Shown here piece after piece: positions 39,207 to 50,090 of a stretch of 64,000 bases of DNA. The notes below the pieces were generated by a model. It saw only the letters and a program-made list of their open reading frames with translations. It was not told where the DNA came from and did not search any database. Each line of letters opens with the position of its first letter. Position 1 is the first letter of the stretch. Source of the DNA: Candidatus Poseidoniaceae archaeon (GTDB lineage Archaea; Thermoplasmatota; Poseidoniia; Poseidoniales; Poseidoniaceae). The DNA lies in contig CBFIJH010000008.1 of assembly GCA_965662895.1 (NCBI GenBank), positions 1-64,000 on the forward strand, read 5' to 3'. The position numbers were made by a program, and so were the translations under genes.

Positions 39207-40205
39207 TCAACCACCAATGTAGGACATCTCAACCTTGACTTTTCTCGTTTGTTCGGAACGCTTCTCAGAATATCGATCGGTGCGATTTTGCCAAATGGAT
39301 TGAATTGCTTGCTTAATCTGGTCGCTTGATGCGTCCATACGTAGAATGCTTCGGATATCATGCCCATTGTTCGAAAAGAGGCACGTGTAAATACGCCCAT
39401 TTGCGGAGAGTCTAGCCCGGGAGCAGTCGCCACAAAACGGATTCGTGATTGATTCGATGAATCCAATCTGCCAATTCTTCGAGGTCGCGTACACTCTCGC
39501 CACATCACTCGGATGCGAAGGTTGTTGAGCAGTAAGCGGGCCGAATGCCTGAGCAAGGAGATGTCTCATTTCTGTTCCAGATACAACATGCTCAAGGTTC
39601 CAATCATTTGTTGAACCAACGTCCATATATTCGATAAATCGGACTGGGATCTTCCTTGGGCCGAATGCCTCGGCCATTGAGAGAAGTTGGTGTTCATTTT
39701 CTCCTTTTTTGACAACGGCATTGACTTTGACGGGAAGACCGATTGCTTGCACAGCATCGATTGCCCTGAGAACATGCGACGGGGAAGCTTCTGTGTCCCC
39801 CATACGTTGGTAGGTTTCCTCGTCCAAGGCATCAATTGAAATTGTTACGCGGCTTAGTCCAGCCTCGTACAAATTTTTCAAGTGCTTTTCAAGAAGAATC
39901 CCATTCGTCGTTATTGCAATGTCCAATTCATCTGAGCGTGCTCGTAACTGGCGAATGAGCGCATCGAGGTCCTTTCGCAGAAGGGGTTCGCCTCCAGTCA
40001 AACGAACTTTACGTAAGCCGAATGGTAACAACGCTTCAACCACACGAACAATTTCTTCAAATGTCAAAATATCCGATTTCGGAAGGAAGTCATGCTCGTC
40101 AAAATGCTCTCTTGGCATACAGTAGCGACAACGCATGTTGCAGCGATCTGTAACGGAAATTCTCAGGTCAAGTAGGGGGCGCTTGTATGCGTCGACCATG
40201 ACCAT
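39207..40205 (-). CDS. moaA: GTP 3',8-cyclase
   Basis: LRISVTDRCNMRCRYCMP, LTGGEPLLR, FCGDCSRARL, C-terminal MSYIGG. Confidence 0.95.
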   Translation of the reverse strand: MVMVDAYKRPLLDLRISVTDRCNMRCRYCMPREHFDEHDFLPKSDILTFEEIVRVVEALLPFGLRKVRLTGGEPLLRKDLDALIRQLRARSDELDIAITTNGILLEKHLKNLYEAGLSRVTISIDALDEETYQRMGDTEASPSHVLRAIDAVQAIGLPVKVNAVVKKGENEHQLLSMAEAFGPRKIPVRFIEYMDVGSTNDWNLEHVVSGTEMRHLLAQAFGPLTAQQPSHPSDVARVYATSKNWQIGFIESITNPFCGDCSRARLSANGRIYTCLFSNNGHDIRSILRMDASSDQIKQAIQSIWQNRTDRYSEKRSEQTRKVKVEMSYIGG

Positions 40206-40275
40206 GAATTCCCCAATGCGCCCCGGACTGTGAATGTTTGCAAGCCTTCATCAGATATGGTCTTCTCGAGAGGAC

Positions 40276-41625
40276 ATGGGCAAGGGTTGGGTGAAACGAT
40301 GGGGGCCTCGAGGCAAGGGCCACCGGCCAAGCCACATTCCTGCTCTCGAAATAGAGCCCACATCCATAGTGGAGGCACCATGGAGGCTGCCTCCATCAAA
40401 AAGCCATCTCATTCGGATGTTGCTTCTTTGCGCCCTTAGTAAGAAGAAACATACTTTGCAAGGAATCACAGAGATTGGTGAAGACGCAGAGAGTATGATG
40501 CGTTGTCTGTCCCAACTCGGAGTTGAATTCAACCAGGTGCAATCTGGTCTTGAAGTCACAGGAGTTGGCGTTGAAGGACTCCATCGGTCACCGAGTGTTC
40601 TCCATGCAGGAAACTCGGGTACAGCGTTACGTTTTCTCATTGCATTGACCTCTCGATTGAACTTCGTTAGCATGGTTGATGGAGATGCAAGTTTGAGGAG
40701 GAGGAATCACTCGGATTTACTGTACGCGCTTTCTCCACTGCAAGTCCAGTTTTCGTACGGTGTTGAGCAGGAACGCCTACCCATTCTCGTTCACGGTCCT
40801 TGGATTGGTAACAACATCTCTGTCAACGTCAAACACTCATCCCAACCCTACTCGAGTTTACTTCTAGCAACATCAGGATGCTTTGAACCATCCACCATCA
40901 AAACCGAAGGAGAGGCTGTCAGTCGTCGTCATGCCGCACTTACAATCGAACTGATGTCGGTTTGTGGCGCAGAATTGGAAATTGATGAAGAAACGACAAC
41001 CATCCAGCCTTGGGTGTCAAACCCTCCAAAGAAATGGGATGTTCCTTCAGATGGATCGATGATGGCTTTTCCGATACTTGCATGTGTTCTCAAGAAGCAA
41101 TCCATTGAAATCGAAAACCCAGTTGAACACAACGATGCATTGGGCCACGAAATCCTGCTGGATGTTCTCAAACACTTCGGAGTCGAGAAAAGTAATGCGA
41201 CACTCAACTTCGTTGGCGGAGCCACTACTGTTGATATCGATCTTCGAGATGCAAACGACCTGCTACCTCCACTTGCGGCGATTCTCGCACTCTCAGGTGG
41301 CGGAAGGTTGCGTGGTGCCTCGCATGCGAAGCACAAAGAAAGCAATCGAATTAAATCGACTGCATCAATGCTCAAAGGGTTCGGATTGCAATGCAACATT
41401 GAAGATGATGGTCTTTCTATAGAAGGAAACCAAACGCTGAAAAAACCACAATCTCTTATCGATACCTACGGCGATCATCGCATTCAAATGACAGCAGTAC
41501 TCCTTGCCTTAGAGACTGGAGGGACGGTCGAAGGTCCCCGATTGCATCGAGTAGCAGACCCTGAATTCTTACAACGGTTTTCATCCATGCCGCCCGAAGT
41601 GCTTGTCAAGGGAGTTCAGAGATAA
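40276..41625 (+). CDS. aroA: 3-phosphoshikimate 1-carboxyvinyltransferase (EPSP synthase)
   Basis: PPSKS, GNSGTALRF, SSQ, KESNRI, DHRIQM. Confidence 0.85.
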   Translation: MGKGWVKRWGPRGKGHRPSHIPALEIEPTSIVEAPWRLPPSKSHLIRMLLLCALSKKKHTLQGITEIGEDAESMMRCLSQLGVEFNQVQSGLEVTGVGVEGLHRSPSVLHAGNSGTALRFLIALTSRLNFVSMVDGDASLRRRNHSDLLYALSPLQVQFSYGVEQERLPILVHGPWIGNNISVNVKHSSQPYSSLLLATSGCFEPSTIKTEGEAVSRRHAALTIELMSVCGAELEIDEETTTIQPWVSNPPKKWDVPSDGSMMAFPILACVLKKQSIEIENPVEHNDALGHEILLDVLKHFGVEKSNATLNFVGGATTVDIDLRDANDLLPPLAAILALSGGGRLRGASHAKHKESNRIKSTASMLKGFGLQCNIEDDGLSIEGNQTLKKPQSLIDTYGDHRIQMTAVLLALETGGTVEGPRLHRVADPEFLQRFSSMPPEVLVKGVQR

Positions 41626-43563
41626 CCGCAGTGCAGTAGGCCGACCATGAACACATGCCCACGGGTTCGGTACATTTCTCATATCCTCAAGCAAACGGCG
41701 CATTTGTGCGATTGTGAGTCGGTCATTTGCCTTGACCGAACCGCGGCATGCGTTAAGAAATGCGAGGTGATCCTTGCGTCGTTCAATGGTTTCGAGAGGC
41801 GCTCCATCCTCAGAAATGTCTTGCAGTAAATCGAGAAGGAACGGTTCGACTTCATCCCCATCCAAAAGGCGAGGGGCTTGTTCAACATTCCATTTTCCAT
41901 CGCCTTGCTTTGCGAGTACGAAGCCCAATTCTTCAAACCGGTGAAGAGAAGACTCAAGTCGAGCCTCCTGAGCAATTGTCAATTGAACTTTTGAGGGGAT
42001 TAAACGCGGTTGAGGCGTCCAAAGACGCTCATCGTTGCGCAAACGTTCGTAACGTATTCGTTCATGGAGGGCATGTTGATCGATGAGCAACAATTCTTCC
42101 CCAGCCTGAGCGAGGATGTATGAGTCTGCAAACTGGGACAAAGGCTCCATCTTCGGAAGGTCATTTTTTATTGACGCCAAGGGAGCTTCATCGGTTGGTG
42201 AAACTGTAACCCCACATCCAGCATGACGATGCAATTCCCGCTCTGCAGATGAAAGTGCAGGGGCTACAGGGGATTTGTCCAAACCAGGTAAGGATTGTTG
42301 TGCTGAGGCTGCAACGGATTGCGGCCGTGCCTTCTCGGTTTGCTGAGGGTTTTGTTCGGCGACATCACCAACCAAATTGAGTTGTGTCCCTGCAGCAAGT
42401 GCCCATGGCGGTGCACCAGATTGTCTTGGAAGTGTAGGAGTGGCCTCTCTCGCAACAAGTAACTCTTGTATCGGCTGATTTTTTTCAGATTGCGCCAAGC
42501 CTTCCAACTCCTGAAGTTCTCCGCTTGAATCTGGTTGCGTCGGTGACGTTGCAAGTGTGTGGGCAATGGCGCGTTCGAGTCGTTCGAGGACCCTCCACGA
42601 GTGTCGCAGTCGCACCTCTCTTTTGGTCGGGTGTACATTTACATCGACTTCGTTGGCAGGAACATGCAAATGGAGGACTGCGACTGGATGCCGTCCTTGC
42701 ATAAGCCGAGTTCGATACCCTCGACGAATCGCCTGATGAAATGGCGTGGATGCCACAGGCCGATCGTTCACAAACACGTGCACTTCATCGCCTTTGCCAC
42801 GGGAAATATCGGGGGCACTGATGTAACCGGTCCATTGTTCATCTCCAGGAACTTCAGCATCCGATGCTGGTGGAATCAGTTGAAGCAGGTTCGAGGACTG
42901 ACCGCCCAGAACATCATAAAGCCGATCTTCGATTGTTCCACTGGATGGAAGGTTCAATGTTGAACGTCCATCAATGGTGCATCGGAACGCAACATGTGGA
43001 TGAGCAATTGCATGAGCGACGACGACCTCTACAATGCGTGCATGCTCGGTTGCTGGTCGACGTTGGAATCCCAAACGTACGGGTGTGTTTTGAAACAAAT
43101 GTTCGACGGTTACAATGGTTCCATGTGCCATTCCAGCCGGTTCGACTGGCTCTTGGACTCCGTCATTCATCCGGATGCTGCGCCCCTCGCTCCCTTCTAT
43201 ACGAGATGCTACGGTTAATTGAGAAACAATACCGATGCTTGCAAGAGCTTCACCACGGAATCCAAGTGTGTGAATTTCGTTCAAGTCTTCTGGTTGCTTC
43301 AATTTTGAGGTTGCATGTCGAGAGAGGGCGAGTTCGAGGTCGTGCTCATGAATTCCAGTACCGTTGTCTTGAACCCGTATAAGATCAAAACCCCCTCGCT
43401 CAATCTCAACATGAATGGAAGTCGACTCAGCATCGAGAGCATTTTCAAGCAATTCTTTGACGACTTGTGCTGGGCGTTCGACAACTTCACCAGCCGCAAT
43501 GTGCCCTATCGTCAGGTCATCGAGTTGTTGAATTCTGTTCGGTTCACTCAATTGACTCACCAC
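41581..43563 (-). CDS. mutL: DNA mismatch repair endonuclease MutL
   Basis: IAAGEVVERP..VVKELLENALDA, GFRGEAL, DVNVHPTKREV, DQHALHERIRYE, CVHGRP. Confidence 0.96.
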   Translation of the reverse strand: MVSQLSEPNRIQQLDDLTIGHIAAGEVVERPAQVVKELLENALDAESTSIHVEIERGGFDLIRVQDNGTGIHEHDLELALSRHATSKLKQPEDLNEIHTLGFRGEALASIGIVSQLTVASRIEGSEGRSIRMNDGVQEPVEPAGMAHGTIVTVEHLFQNTPVRLGFQRRPATEHARIVEVVVAHAIAHPHVAFRCTIDGRSTLNLPSSGTIEDRLYDVLGGQSSNLLQLIPPASDAEVPGDEQWTGYISAPDISRGKGDEVHVFVNDRPVASTPFHQAIRRGYRTRLMQGRHPVAVLHLHVPANEVDVNVHPTKREVRLRHSWRVLERLERAIAHTLATSPTQPDSSGELQELEGLAQSEKNQPIQELLVAREATPTLPRQSGAPPWALAAGTQLNLVGDVAEQNPQQTEKARPQSVAASAQQSLPGLDKSPVAPALSSAERELHRHAGCGVTVSPTDEAPLASIKNDLPKMEPLSQFADSYILAQAGEELLLIDQHALHERIRYERLRNDERLWTPQPRLIPSKVQLTIAQEARLESSLHRFEELGFVLAKQGDGKWNVEQAPRLLDGDEVEPFLLDLLQDISEDGAPLETIERRKDHLAFLNACRGSVKANDRLTIAQMRRLLEDMRNVPNPWACVHGRPTALRLSLNSLDKHFGRHG

Positions 43564-46189
43564 CCAGTTGTTGGTGCAACCGTTCGATCAATGCAAAAGC
43601 CTCTCTCGGTGAAAGATCATCAATCTGAAGATTTGACAACGTTTGGAGAGCATTTCGTTGGGCTTGTGAAAGAACGGGTTCCTTTGGTTCATTGGTTTGC
43701 ATTGCAGCAGCAGCAAAGTATCCAAGTAGTGAAGATTGACCTTGCTCTCGAGTTGTTGGTGCTCCTTTACGTCCTGCTTTCGCACCCTGAGCCTGCTGCT
43801 CGAGGAAGGCAAGGAGGTCCGTGGCGCGTTCAACCACATTCCGAGGTAAGCCCGCCAATGCAGCGACTTGAACACCATATGAATCATCACAAGGGCCATC
43901 GGCAACGGTGTGTAAGAAACGAAGCGTTCCATCCTTTTGTGCAACTTGGACATGAACATTCGCAAACCCCTTGACCTCCGACTCAAGTCCAACCAATTGA
44001 TGATAATGTGTTGCAAACAGGCTACGTGCTCCAATTCTATTGCAAACATCTTCGGTAACCGCCCAGGCAATCGAAAGACCATCGAAAGTAGAAGTGCCTC
44101 GTCCAATTTCATCAAGAAGAAGGAGTGACCTTGGGGTTGCTCGCCTCAAGATGTGTGCGACTTCAATCATTTCCATCATGAACGTCGAGCGCCCACGTCT
44201 GAGATCATCACTTGCCCCAACTCGTGTAAAGATGCGATCGATCAACCCGATTCTTGCTTTTTCTGCTGGTACAAAACAGCCTGCTTGTGCGAGAATACTG
44301 ACCAATGCAACCGTTCGGAGATAAGTCGATTTTCCACCCATGTTTGGCCCTGTAATCAGAAGGAAATGCCGTTTTTCATCCATTCCAACGTCATTGGGAA
44401 CGAAGCCTTGTTCGACTTCGAGAACGGGGTGCCGGGCTTGGCTCAGGATCATTTTTCGACCATCGGTCAACGTAGGCTTTGTCCATGAGCGTTGCCGGGC
44501 GGTTGATGCAAAACATTGCAAGACATCGATAGCAGCAACCTTCGACGCAATATTTGCAAGAAGATTTGCGTGCCTACGAACTCGGTCACGCAATGAGGTG
44601 AACAATGCATATTCAAGGCTCTTGGATTTGCTCTCTGCAGTAAGCAAAAGATCGTCACGTTGACGAAGTTCATCGGTCACGTAACGGTTGCCGTTGGTCA
44701 TCTGTTGTTTTCGTATCCATTCGACAGGGACTTTGTCTTCATGCGTCGAAGTCACCTCTATGAACCAACCAATTTGGCGGTTCGTTCGAACCTTCAGACT
44801 CGGAATATTGAGCTTAGTTCGCAAGGTCGTTTCAAGATTCGAAAACCATCCGTGTCCTTCGTTTGAAGCTTCTCGAAAACCGTCAAGTTCTGCATCAACA
44901 CCAGTTCGAATCAAGCCGCCCTCCTTCAGGCCGAGTGGTGCATCTTCCAACAGAGTCCTATGAATGTCCTCTGCCACATCGCTCAAAGCGTCAAGATTGT
45001 CAACCAAATGGCCCAACAAACCATCCTCTGTTTCTTTGCAAAGACGTTGAATGGCTGGAAGTCGCTCGATTGCATGTGCAGTCGCAAGCAAATCACGCGC
45101 ATTGGACCGGTTGTACTTCAACTGAGTTGCAAGCCGTTCCAAATCCAACATACCTTTCAGACTTTCACGAAGAAGGTCCAATCGTTTTGAGGAGCGCATC
45201 AATGCCCCAACTGAGGCAGAGCGTGCTTCAATCGCATCAACATTCGAGAGTGGGCGTAATAACCACGATTTGAGGCATCGACGCCCCATAGCAGTCCTAC
45301 ATTTGTTCATTGCCCAGAGAAGTGAGCCTTCGTACTCTCCTGCAAGAGTTTGGGTGATTTCCAAATTTCGTAAGGTCGTTTGGTCCAGGACCATACCATC
45401 ATTGTTGTCTTGAATTTCAACATCTCGAATGGCAATGGCATCGTGCCGGTGTACAGAAGCAAGATAATCCGCAGCCAGTGCGGTTGCTTTCAAGGCTTCA
45501 GGGGATGTTCCAAGGTCGATGTGACCGAGATCGTTCACTTCCAACATCGCTTTAAGTCGTTGATGCGCTCTTTTGGTTTGTATTGGATGCTGAGTAACAA
45601 CCACAGAATCAAGCATACTGAGGAGATGAAGAACTTCGTCTCGCTCAGCATCCTTGGGAGTGAGTACCAACTCACTTGGGCTCCATCGCATAATTTCATC
45701 GCACAGGGATGCCCACCTTCCATCACCCTGGAAACGCACAGCCCATGCCTGACCCGTAGATGCATCAATCATTGCGACAGCTACATTCTCCTGATCGACC
45801 AACAGACTGCAGAGCAATGCAGATGCGTCACTACCAATCAAGGATTCCTCGTAGAGGGAACCCGGCGTGTAGATTCGAGTGACAACACGTTCGAGAATTT
45901 TCGCACCCTCTCGCAATTCTTCCTCTTGTTCAGCAACAGTCACCTTGTAGCCTGCTCGCAGCATGAGGCGCAAATTCTCCTCGAGTTGGTGCCAAGGAAA
46001 ACCCGCCATCGGAATCGGTTTCTCGGCTTTTTTATCTCGAGACGTCAATGCTAATCCGAGAACGTTTGAGCCAACTTCGGCATCATCATGGAACAGTTCG
46101 TAGAAATCTCCCATTCGGAAAAAGAGGATGGTCCCAGGATTGGCTTCTTTGAGCTCATGGAATTGGTCCATCATGCTTCGTTTTGCCAT
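43544..46189 (-). CDS. mutS: DNA mismatch repair protein MutS (MutS1)
   Basis: FRMGDFYELF, TGPNMGGKST, STFMMEM, DEIGRGTST, FATHYH. Confidence 0.96.
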   Translation of the reverse strand: MAKRSMMDQFHELKEANPGTILFFRMGDFYELFHDDAEVGSNVLGLALTSRDKKAEKPIPMAGFPWHQLEENLRLMLRAGYKVTVAEQEEELREGAKILERVVTRIYTPGSLYEESLIGSDASALLCSLLVDQENVAVAMIDASTGQAWAVRFQGDGRWASLCDEIMRWSPSELVLTPKDAERDEVLHLLSMLDSVVVTQHPIQTKRAHQRLKAMLEVNDLGHIDLGTSPEALKATALAADYLASVHRHDAIAIRDVEIQDNNDGMVLDQTTLRNLEITQTLAGEYEGSLLWAMNKCRTAMGRRCLKSWLLRPLSNVDAIEARSASVGALMRSSKRLDLLRESLKGMLDLERLATQLKYNRSNARDLLATAHAIERLPAIQRLCKETEDGLLGHLVDNLDALSDVAEDIHRTLLEDAPLGLKEGGLIRTGVDAELDGFREASNEGHGWFSNLETTLRTKLNIPSLKVRTNRQIGWFIEVTSTHEDKVPVEWIRKQQMTNGNRYVTDELRQRDDLLLTAESKSKSLEYALFTSLRDRVRRHANLLANIASKVAAIDVLQCFASTARQRSWTKPTLTDGRKMILSQARHPVLEVEQGFVPNDVGMDEKRHFLLITGPNMGGKSTYLRTVALVSILAQAGCFVPAEKARIGLIDRIFTRVGASDDLRRGRSTFMMEMIEVAHILRRATPRSLLLLDEIGRGTSTFDGLSIAWAVTEDVCNRIGARSLFATHYHQLVGLESEVKGFANVHVQVAQKDGTLRFLHTVADGPCDDSYGVQVAALAGLPRNVVERATDLLAFLEQQAQGAKAGRKGAPTTREQGQSSLLGYFAAAAMQTNEPKEPVLSQAQRNALQTLSNLQIDDLSPREAFALIERLHQQLGGESIE

Positions 46190-46264
46190 TGAAACCCCAA
46201 CCACGCATTATGCAGGGTCGACCCTAATGACGAGAGGTGATTAAGGTTCGGAGAAGTCGGTGTC

Positions 46265-47506
46265 TTAGGCCCGTTTCATATGCATCGCTTTCTCAGCCAT
46301 AAGATAGCCTTGTGTGAACATCATAATCAACCCAACAACGATGAATGAAAAATTGAGCAGCCCTCTTCCAGAGGAGAGAGAACCTTCGATGGTCAAATCA
46401 AGAGAGAGACGATCAGCTTCTCCGTTTGCGTTGAATCCATGCATGTGGAGTGTATTGCCATCAATCGAAGCCGCAGTGGCTTGCAAGGGTAGAGGATAGC
46501 CGAGATTTTTCAAGGATGTTTCCGCGGTATCAACATCGACGCGCAGGATGGATTCACTTCCCCGCTGGCCAAACAGCCAGGAGCGATCATGCTCAGCTTC
46601 GTAAACCATCGTCGTTGAGGAATAATCGAGAACTTGGACTGAATTGGTCGAGACGATGTAAAACTCTTCGTTGGTTGCTGCGACAGCACCTCCATCAACT
46701 GTGCGACTCAATGAATGAATTTCGCTTCCATTACCCATCATTTGGCGAAGAAATTGAGGCGCAGTTGTTGCATCTCCATCCCAGTAATAATGTGCGAGAA
46801 CAACCTGAGATGACAGCAAGGCAGGACTTTGCGAGGACGATGTTTGCACGGAATACGTTCCAACCGCGAGGAACGTCGAATCCGCCAGGTAGATTACATC
46901 GTCCCAGATAACCGAATCTTGAATGGGGGCGCAAACTGTTACAATCGATTGGCCACTCCAACCTCGCAGACCAGAGCCACCATCCTCAGAGGTGATGAGC
47001 AGTCGATTTCTAATCATCGAAGATGTATCGGTTGCCAAACCGTTGATTCCGAATTCTGAACCGTACGTGTCATCCAACCGCATTTCAGATACTGCACCTT
47101 GGACATAGGTGGAGATGGTGTTTAATGAAGTTGAGAAGGTGACGACGCCTTCGTCATCAGCGGAAAAGAAAGTGATGTTGTCAATCGCTGGGTCGTTTGG
47201 TTCCAAGATGTGATCAATGTCGTCGCGCTCCATTTGCTGATACATCTCGATGCCATTTGGTGTTTTCAAAACAGCACTATGCGCCTCCTCCCACTCGACA
47301 TCATTGTGGTAGTAAATTTCAACCAGAAATTCCCCTTCTTCGAAAGCCAAATCCTCGACAGGGTCAGTACCAAGCACCATTCCCTCAAGCGAACTTGTGC
47401 CTCCAAGGAGAAAGCCCCCAATGATAACGAAGACAAAAAACAAGCCAACTGCGAGCCATTGGTGTTCAGATTCTTCCTCGAGCAACTTCCTCCAGCCACT
47501 CGCCAT
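46265..47506 (-). CDS. Hypothetical membrane-anchored protein with probable beta-rich ectodomain
   Basis: N- and C-terminal TMs flanking an acidic beta-strand-rich region. Confidence 0.7.
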   Translation of the reverse strand: MASGWRKLLEEESEHQWLAVGLFFVFVIIGGFLLGGTSSLEGMVLGTDPVEDLAFEEGEFLVEIYYHNDVEWEEAHSAVLKTPNGIEMYQQMERDDIDHILEPNDPAIDNITFFSADDEGVVTFSTSLNTISTYVQGAVSEMRLDDTYGSEFGINGLATDTSSMIRNRLLITSEDGGSGLRGWSGQSIVTVCAPIQDSVIWDDVIYLADSTFLAVGTYSVQTSSSQSPALLSSQVVLAHYYWDGDATTAPQFLRQMMGNGSEIHSLSRTVDGGAVAATNEEFYIVSTNSVQVLDYSSTTMVYEAEHDRSWLFGQRGSESILRVDVDTAETSLKNLGYPLPLQATAASIDGNTLHMHGFNANGEADRLSLDLTIEGSLSSGRGLLNFSFIVVGLIMMFTQGYLMAEKAMHMKRA

Positions 47507-47642
47507 GAAGTTCTGTAACAATTGAATGATTAAGTTCCTTCCCATCGATTCCAAGCAAATTTGCCTAACAATGGCTTAGCGGAAAGGCATCGGAGGGATG
47601 ATAAAGGGAGCATCTGTCGGAGTGTTGCTTGGAGGATTGAAT

Positions 47643-48182
47643 ATGGCACGTAAGCCCGCATCCATGTATCGTCGACTCAAGGGACCAGCTTATACCCGAC
47701 GCAAGTATATCGGCGGTGTTCCAAACAACCGAATTCTTGCATACCACTCCGGAAACCGACGCGCTGCAGAAACAGGCGGATTCCCGGTTGTCCTTGAACT
47801 CCGAGCGGACAACGACTGTCAAATCCGACACACCGCTCTTGAAGCTGCCCGTGTCATTTCGAACTCTACAATTCGTGACGCCGCTGGTGCACAAGGATAT
47901 GCGCTCCGTGTCCACACCTACCCACACCACGTTCTCAGAGAAAACAAACAAGCAACAGGCGCTGGTGCTGACCGTGTATCTCAAGGAATGCGCTGTGCAT
48001 TCGGAAAAAACGTAGGAACCGCAGCACGTGTTCGTCGAGGACAGCGAGTGATCTCAATTCATTGCAACGCAGAGAATTACCTAAGTGCAAAAGATGCACT
48101 TCGCAAAGCAGGTATGAAGTTCCCAACACCAACGACAACCCGTGTTGTACGTGGTAAAGAACACCTCAAGGGACTTGTTTGA
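47643..48182 (+). CDS. rpl10e: 50S ribosomal protein L10e/uL16
   Basis: MARKPASMYR, QIRHTALEAAR, RENKQATGAGADRVSQGMRCAFGK. Confidence 0.97.
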   Translation: MARKPASMYRRLKGPAYTRRKYIGGVPNNRILAYHSGNRRAAETGGFPVVLELRADNDCQIRHTALEAARVISNSTIRDAAGAQGYALRVHTYPHHVLRENKQATGAGADRVSQGMRCAFGKNVGTAARVRRGQRVISIHCNAENYLSAKDALRKAGMKFPTPTTTRVVRGKEHLKGLV

Positions 48183-48267
48183 CCAAGCCGTTCGTATCCA
48201 TCTCCGGATGGTTCGACCATGCGAATGCTCATTGATGATGAAGTTCTGGAAGATTTGAGGTGAGTAC

Positions 48268-50049
48268 ATGCGGGTTGCTGTTCTGAAAGAAGACAATTGT
48301 CAGCCTAAGAAATGCAACGACGAATGTTTTCACTATTGTCCACCAGTTCGTAACGGCCAAGAATGCATTGTCATGGATGACAAGACGGGGAAACCCCACA
48401 TTTCTGAATCATTGTGCATCGGTTGTGGAATTTGCATCAACAAATGCCCACATGACGCCTTAATCATTGAACAACTTCCTAGTGAACTTGAAACCGATAT
48501 GATTCATCGATACAGTCTCAACGGTTTTCGATTGTTTCGTCTACCGACCCCAACCAAAGAGTCTGTGGTCGGAATTCTTGGCCCTAATGGAATGGGCAAA
48601 TCGACCGCTTTCAACGCCTTAGCTGGGCGAATGACACCAAACCTCGGCGATTGGTTGGACCAGAAGCCAGATTGGAACAACGTCATCGATGCTCTACCGA
48701 AAGGTGAGCTTCGAGACTTCTTCATTTCCGTTCGAGATGGAGGAATCAAGGTGGCACTCAAACCTCAGAACGTTGATCGTTTACCAAAACGTGTTCAAGG
48801 AACCGTCGAGGGACTTCTTCGAAAAGTCGATGAACGAAACATGTTCGATGAAATGACCAGTGCGTTGGGCATCGCTCATCTTCTCGATCGAACCGTTCAA
48901 CAGTTGTCCGGTGGTGAATTGCAACGTATGGCAATATGTGCCACTATCTTGAGAGATGCTGACGTGTATTTCTTCGACGAACCGTCTTCATATCTCGATA
49001 TCCATGAACGTATGAGAATCGTACGGATTATCCAAGAATTGGCTGAATCCAAACGCGTTATCGTCATCGAGCACGACCTCGCAGTGCTTGACGTTCTTGC
49101 AGATTTGGTCCACATCGTGTACGGAAAAAAAGGAGCCTTCGGAATCTTTACTCCGGCTCGGTCAACCCGTACAGCCATCAATGCATACCTTGATGGCTTT
49201 CTGGTGGAAGAAAACGTACGAATTCGGGACAAACCAATTCGATTCCTCAAGCATCATGAACGAACGGCAGAAAAGGGAGGCATCGTTGTTCAATGGGGTG
49301 ACCTCGGAAAAAAACTCGGAAACTTCGAACTTTCTACAGGAGAGGGGTCAGTCCATCGCTCAGAGGTTGTCGGTGTTGTTGGACCCAACGGTACGGGCAA
49401 ATCGACGATGATCAAAATTCTTGCAGGTGAACATGAGTACGACAATGGTTGGGTAACAAACGAAGCAAGCGTTTCCTACAAACCGCAACACATTGACGTG
49501 GACATGGATTGTACCGTACAGATGTGGCTTGATAGTGAACTTGGTATGCGTTGGAGAAGTGGTGAGTTTAATGTCAACGTCATCCGAGCCTTGGGCGTTG
49601 ACGAATTACTGCCAAAGCGCGTAAAAAAATTGTCGGGTGGAGAACGGCAAGCCGTCTCCATTGCGGTATGTCTTGGAAGAGAAGCCGATCTCTATCTGCT
49701 CGATGAGCCGTCAGCCCACCTTGATGCAAATGCCAGGATGGAAGCTGCGAAGGCAATACGCAGAACGATGGAGGCAAATGAAAAATCAGCTTTCGTCATC
49801 GATCACGATGTTTATTTTATCGATATTGTAAGCGACTCCTTGCTGGTCTTTGAAGGTCAAGGTGGTGTGCACGGCAAAGCCATGGGCCCCTATTCTTTAC
49901 GGGATGGAATGAATCGATTCTTGAACGACGTCAATGTAACATTCCGTCGTGATCATGATTCGAAACGACCAAGGATTAACAAATCTGAAAGTCGAAAAGA
50001 CAGGGAACAACGCCAAGTCGGAGATTTTTACTCCTTTGACAGCAGATAG
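48268..50049 (+). CDS. rli1: Ribosome recycling ATPase ABCE1/Rli1
   Basis: Fe-S motifs CQPKKC..EC..YCP and CIGCGICINKCP; two ABC domains; TFRRD...RPRINK. Confidence 0.96.
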   Translation: MRVAVLKEDNCQPKKCNDECFHYCPPVRNGQECIVMDDKTGKPHISESLCIGCGICINKCPHDALIIEQLPSELETDMIHRYSLNGFRLFRLPTPTKESVVGILGPNGMGKSTAFNALAGRMTPNLGDWLDQKPDWNNVIDALPKGELRDFFISVRDGGIKVALKPQNVDRLPKRVQGTVEGLLRKVDERNMFDEMTSALGIAHLLDRTVQQLSGGELQRMAICATILRDADVYFFDEPSSYLDIHERMRIVRIIQELAESKRVIVIEHDLAVLDVLADLVHIVYGKKGAFGIFTPARSTRTAINAYLDGFLVEENVRIRDKPIRFLKHHERTAEKGGIVVQWGDLGKKLGNFELSTGEGSVHRSEVVGVVGPNGTGKSTMIKILAGEHEYDNGWVTNEASVSYKPQHIDVDMDCTVQMWLDSELGMRWRSGEFNVNVIRALGVDELLPKRVKKLSGGERQAVSIAVCLGREADLYLLDEPSAHLDANARMEAAKAIRRTMEANEKSAFVIDHDVYFIDIVSDSLLVFEGQGGVHGKAMGPYSLRDGMNRFLNDVNVTFRRDHDSKRPRINKSESRKDREQRQVGDFYSFDSR

Positions 50050-50090
50050 AACGTCAAGACGTCTAAAGACCACGAACATGTAGGGTTGCT

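Noticed and set aside
40276-41625. aroA as another pseudoenzyme
   Set aside because: It is divergent, but the key KS, SSQ, Asp, KExxR and DHR motifs are present.
48183-48267. Possible second C/D sRNA (ATGATGA at 48235) and hairpin upstream of rli1
   Set aside because: No properly spaced CTGA D box or terminal stem; it runs into the SD sequence.
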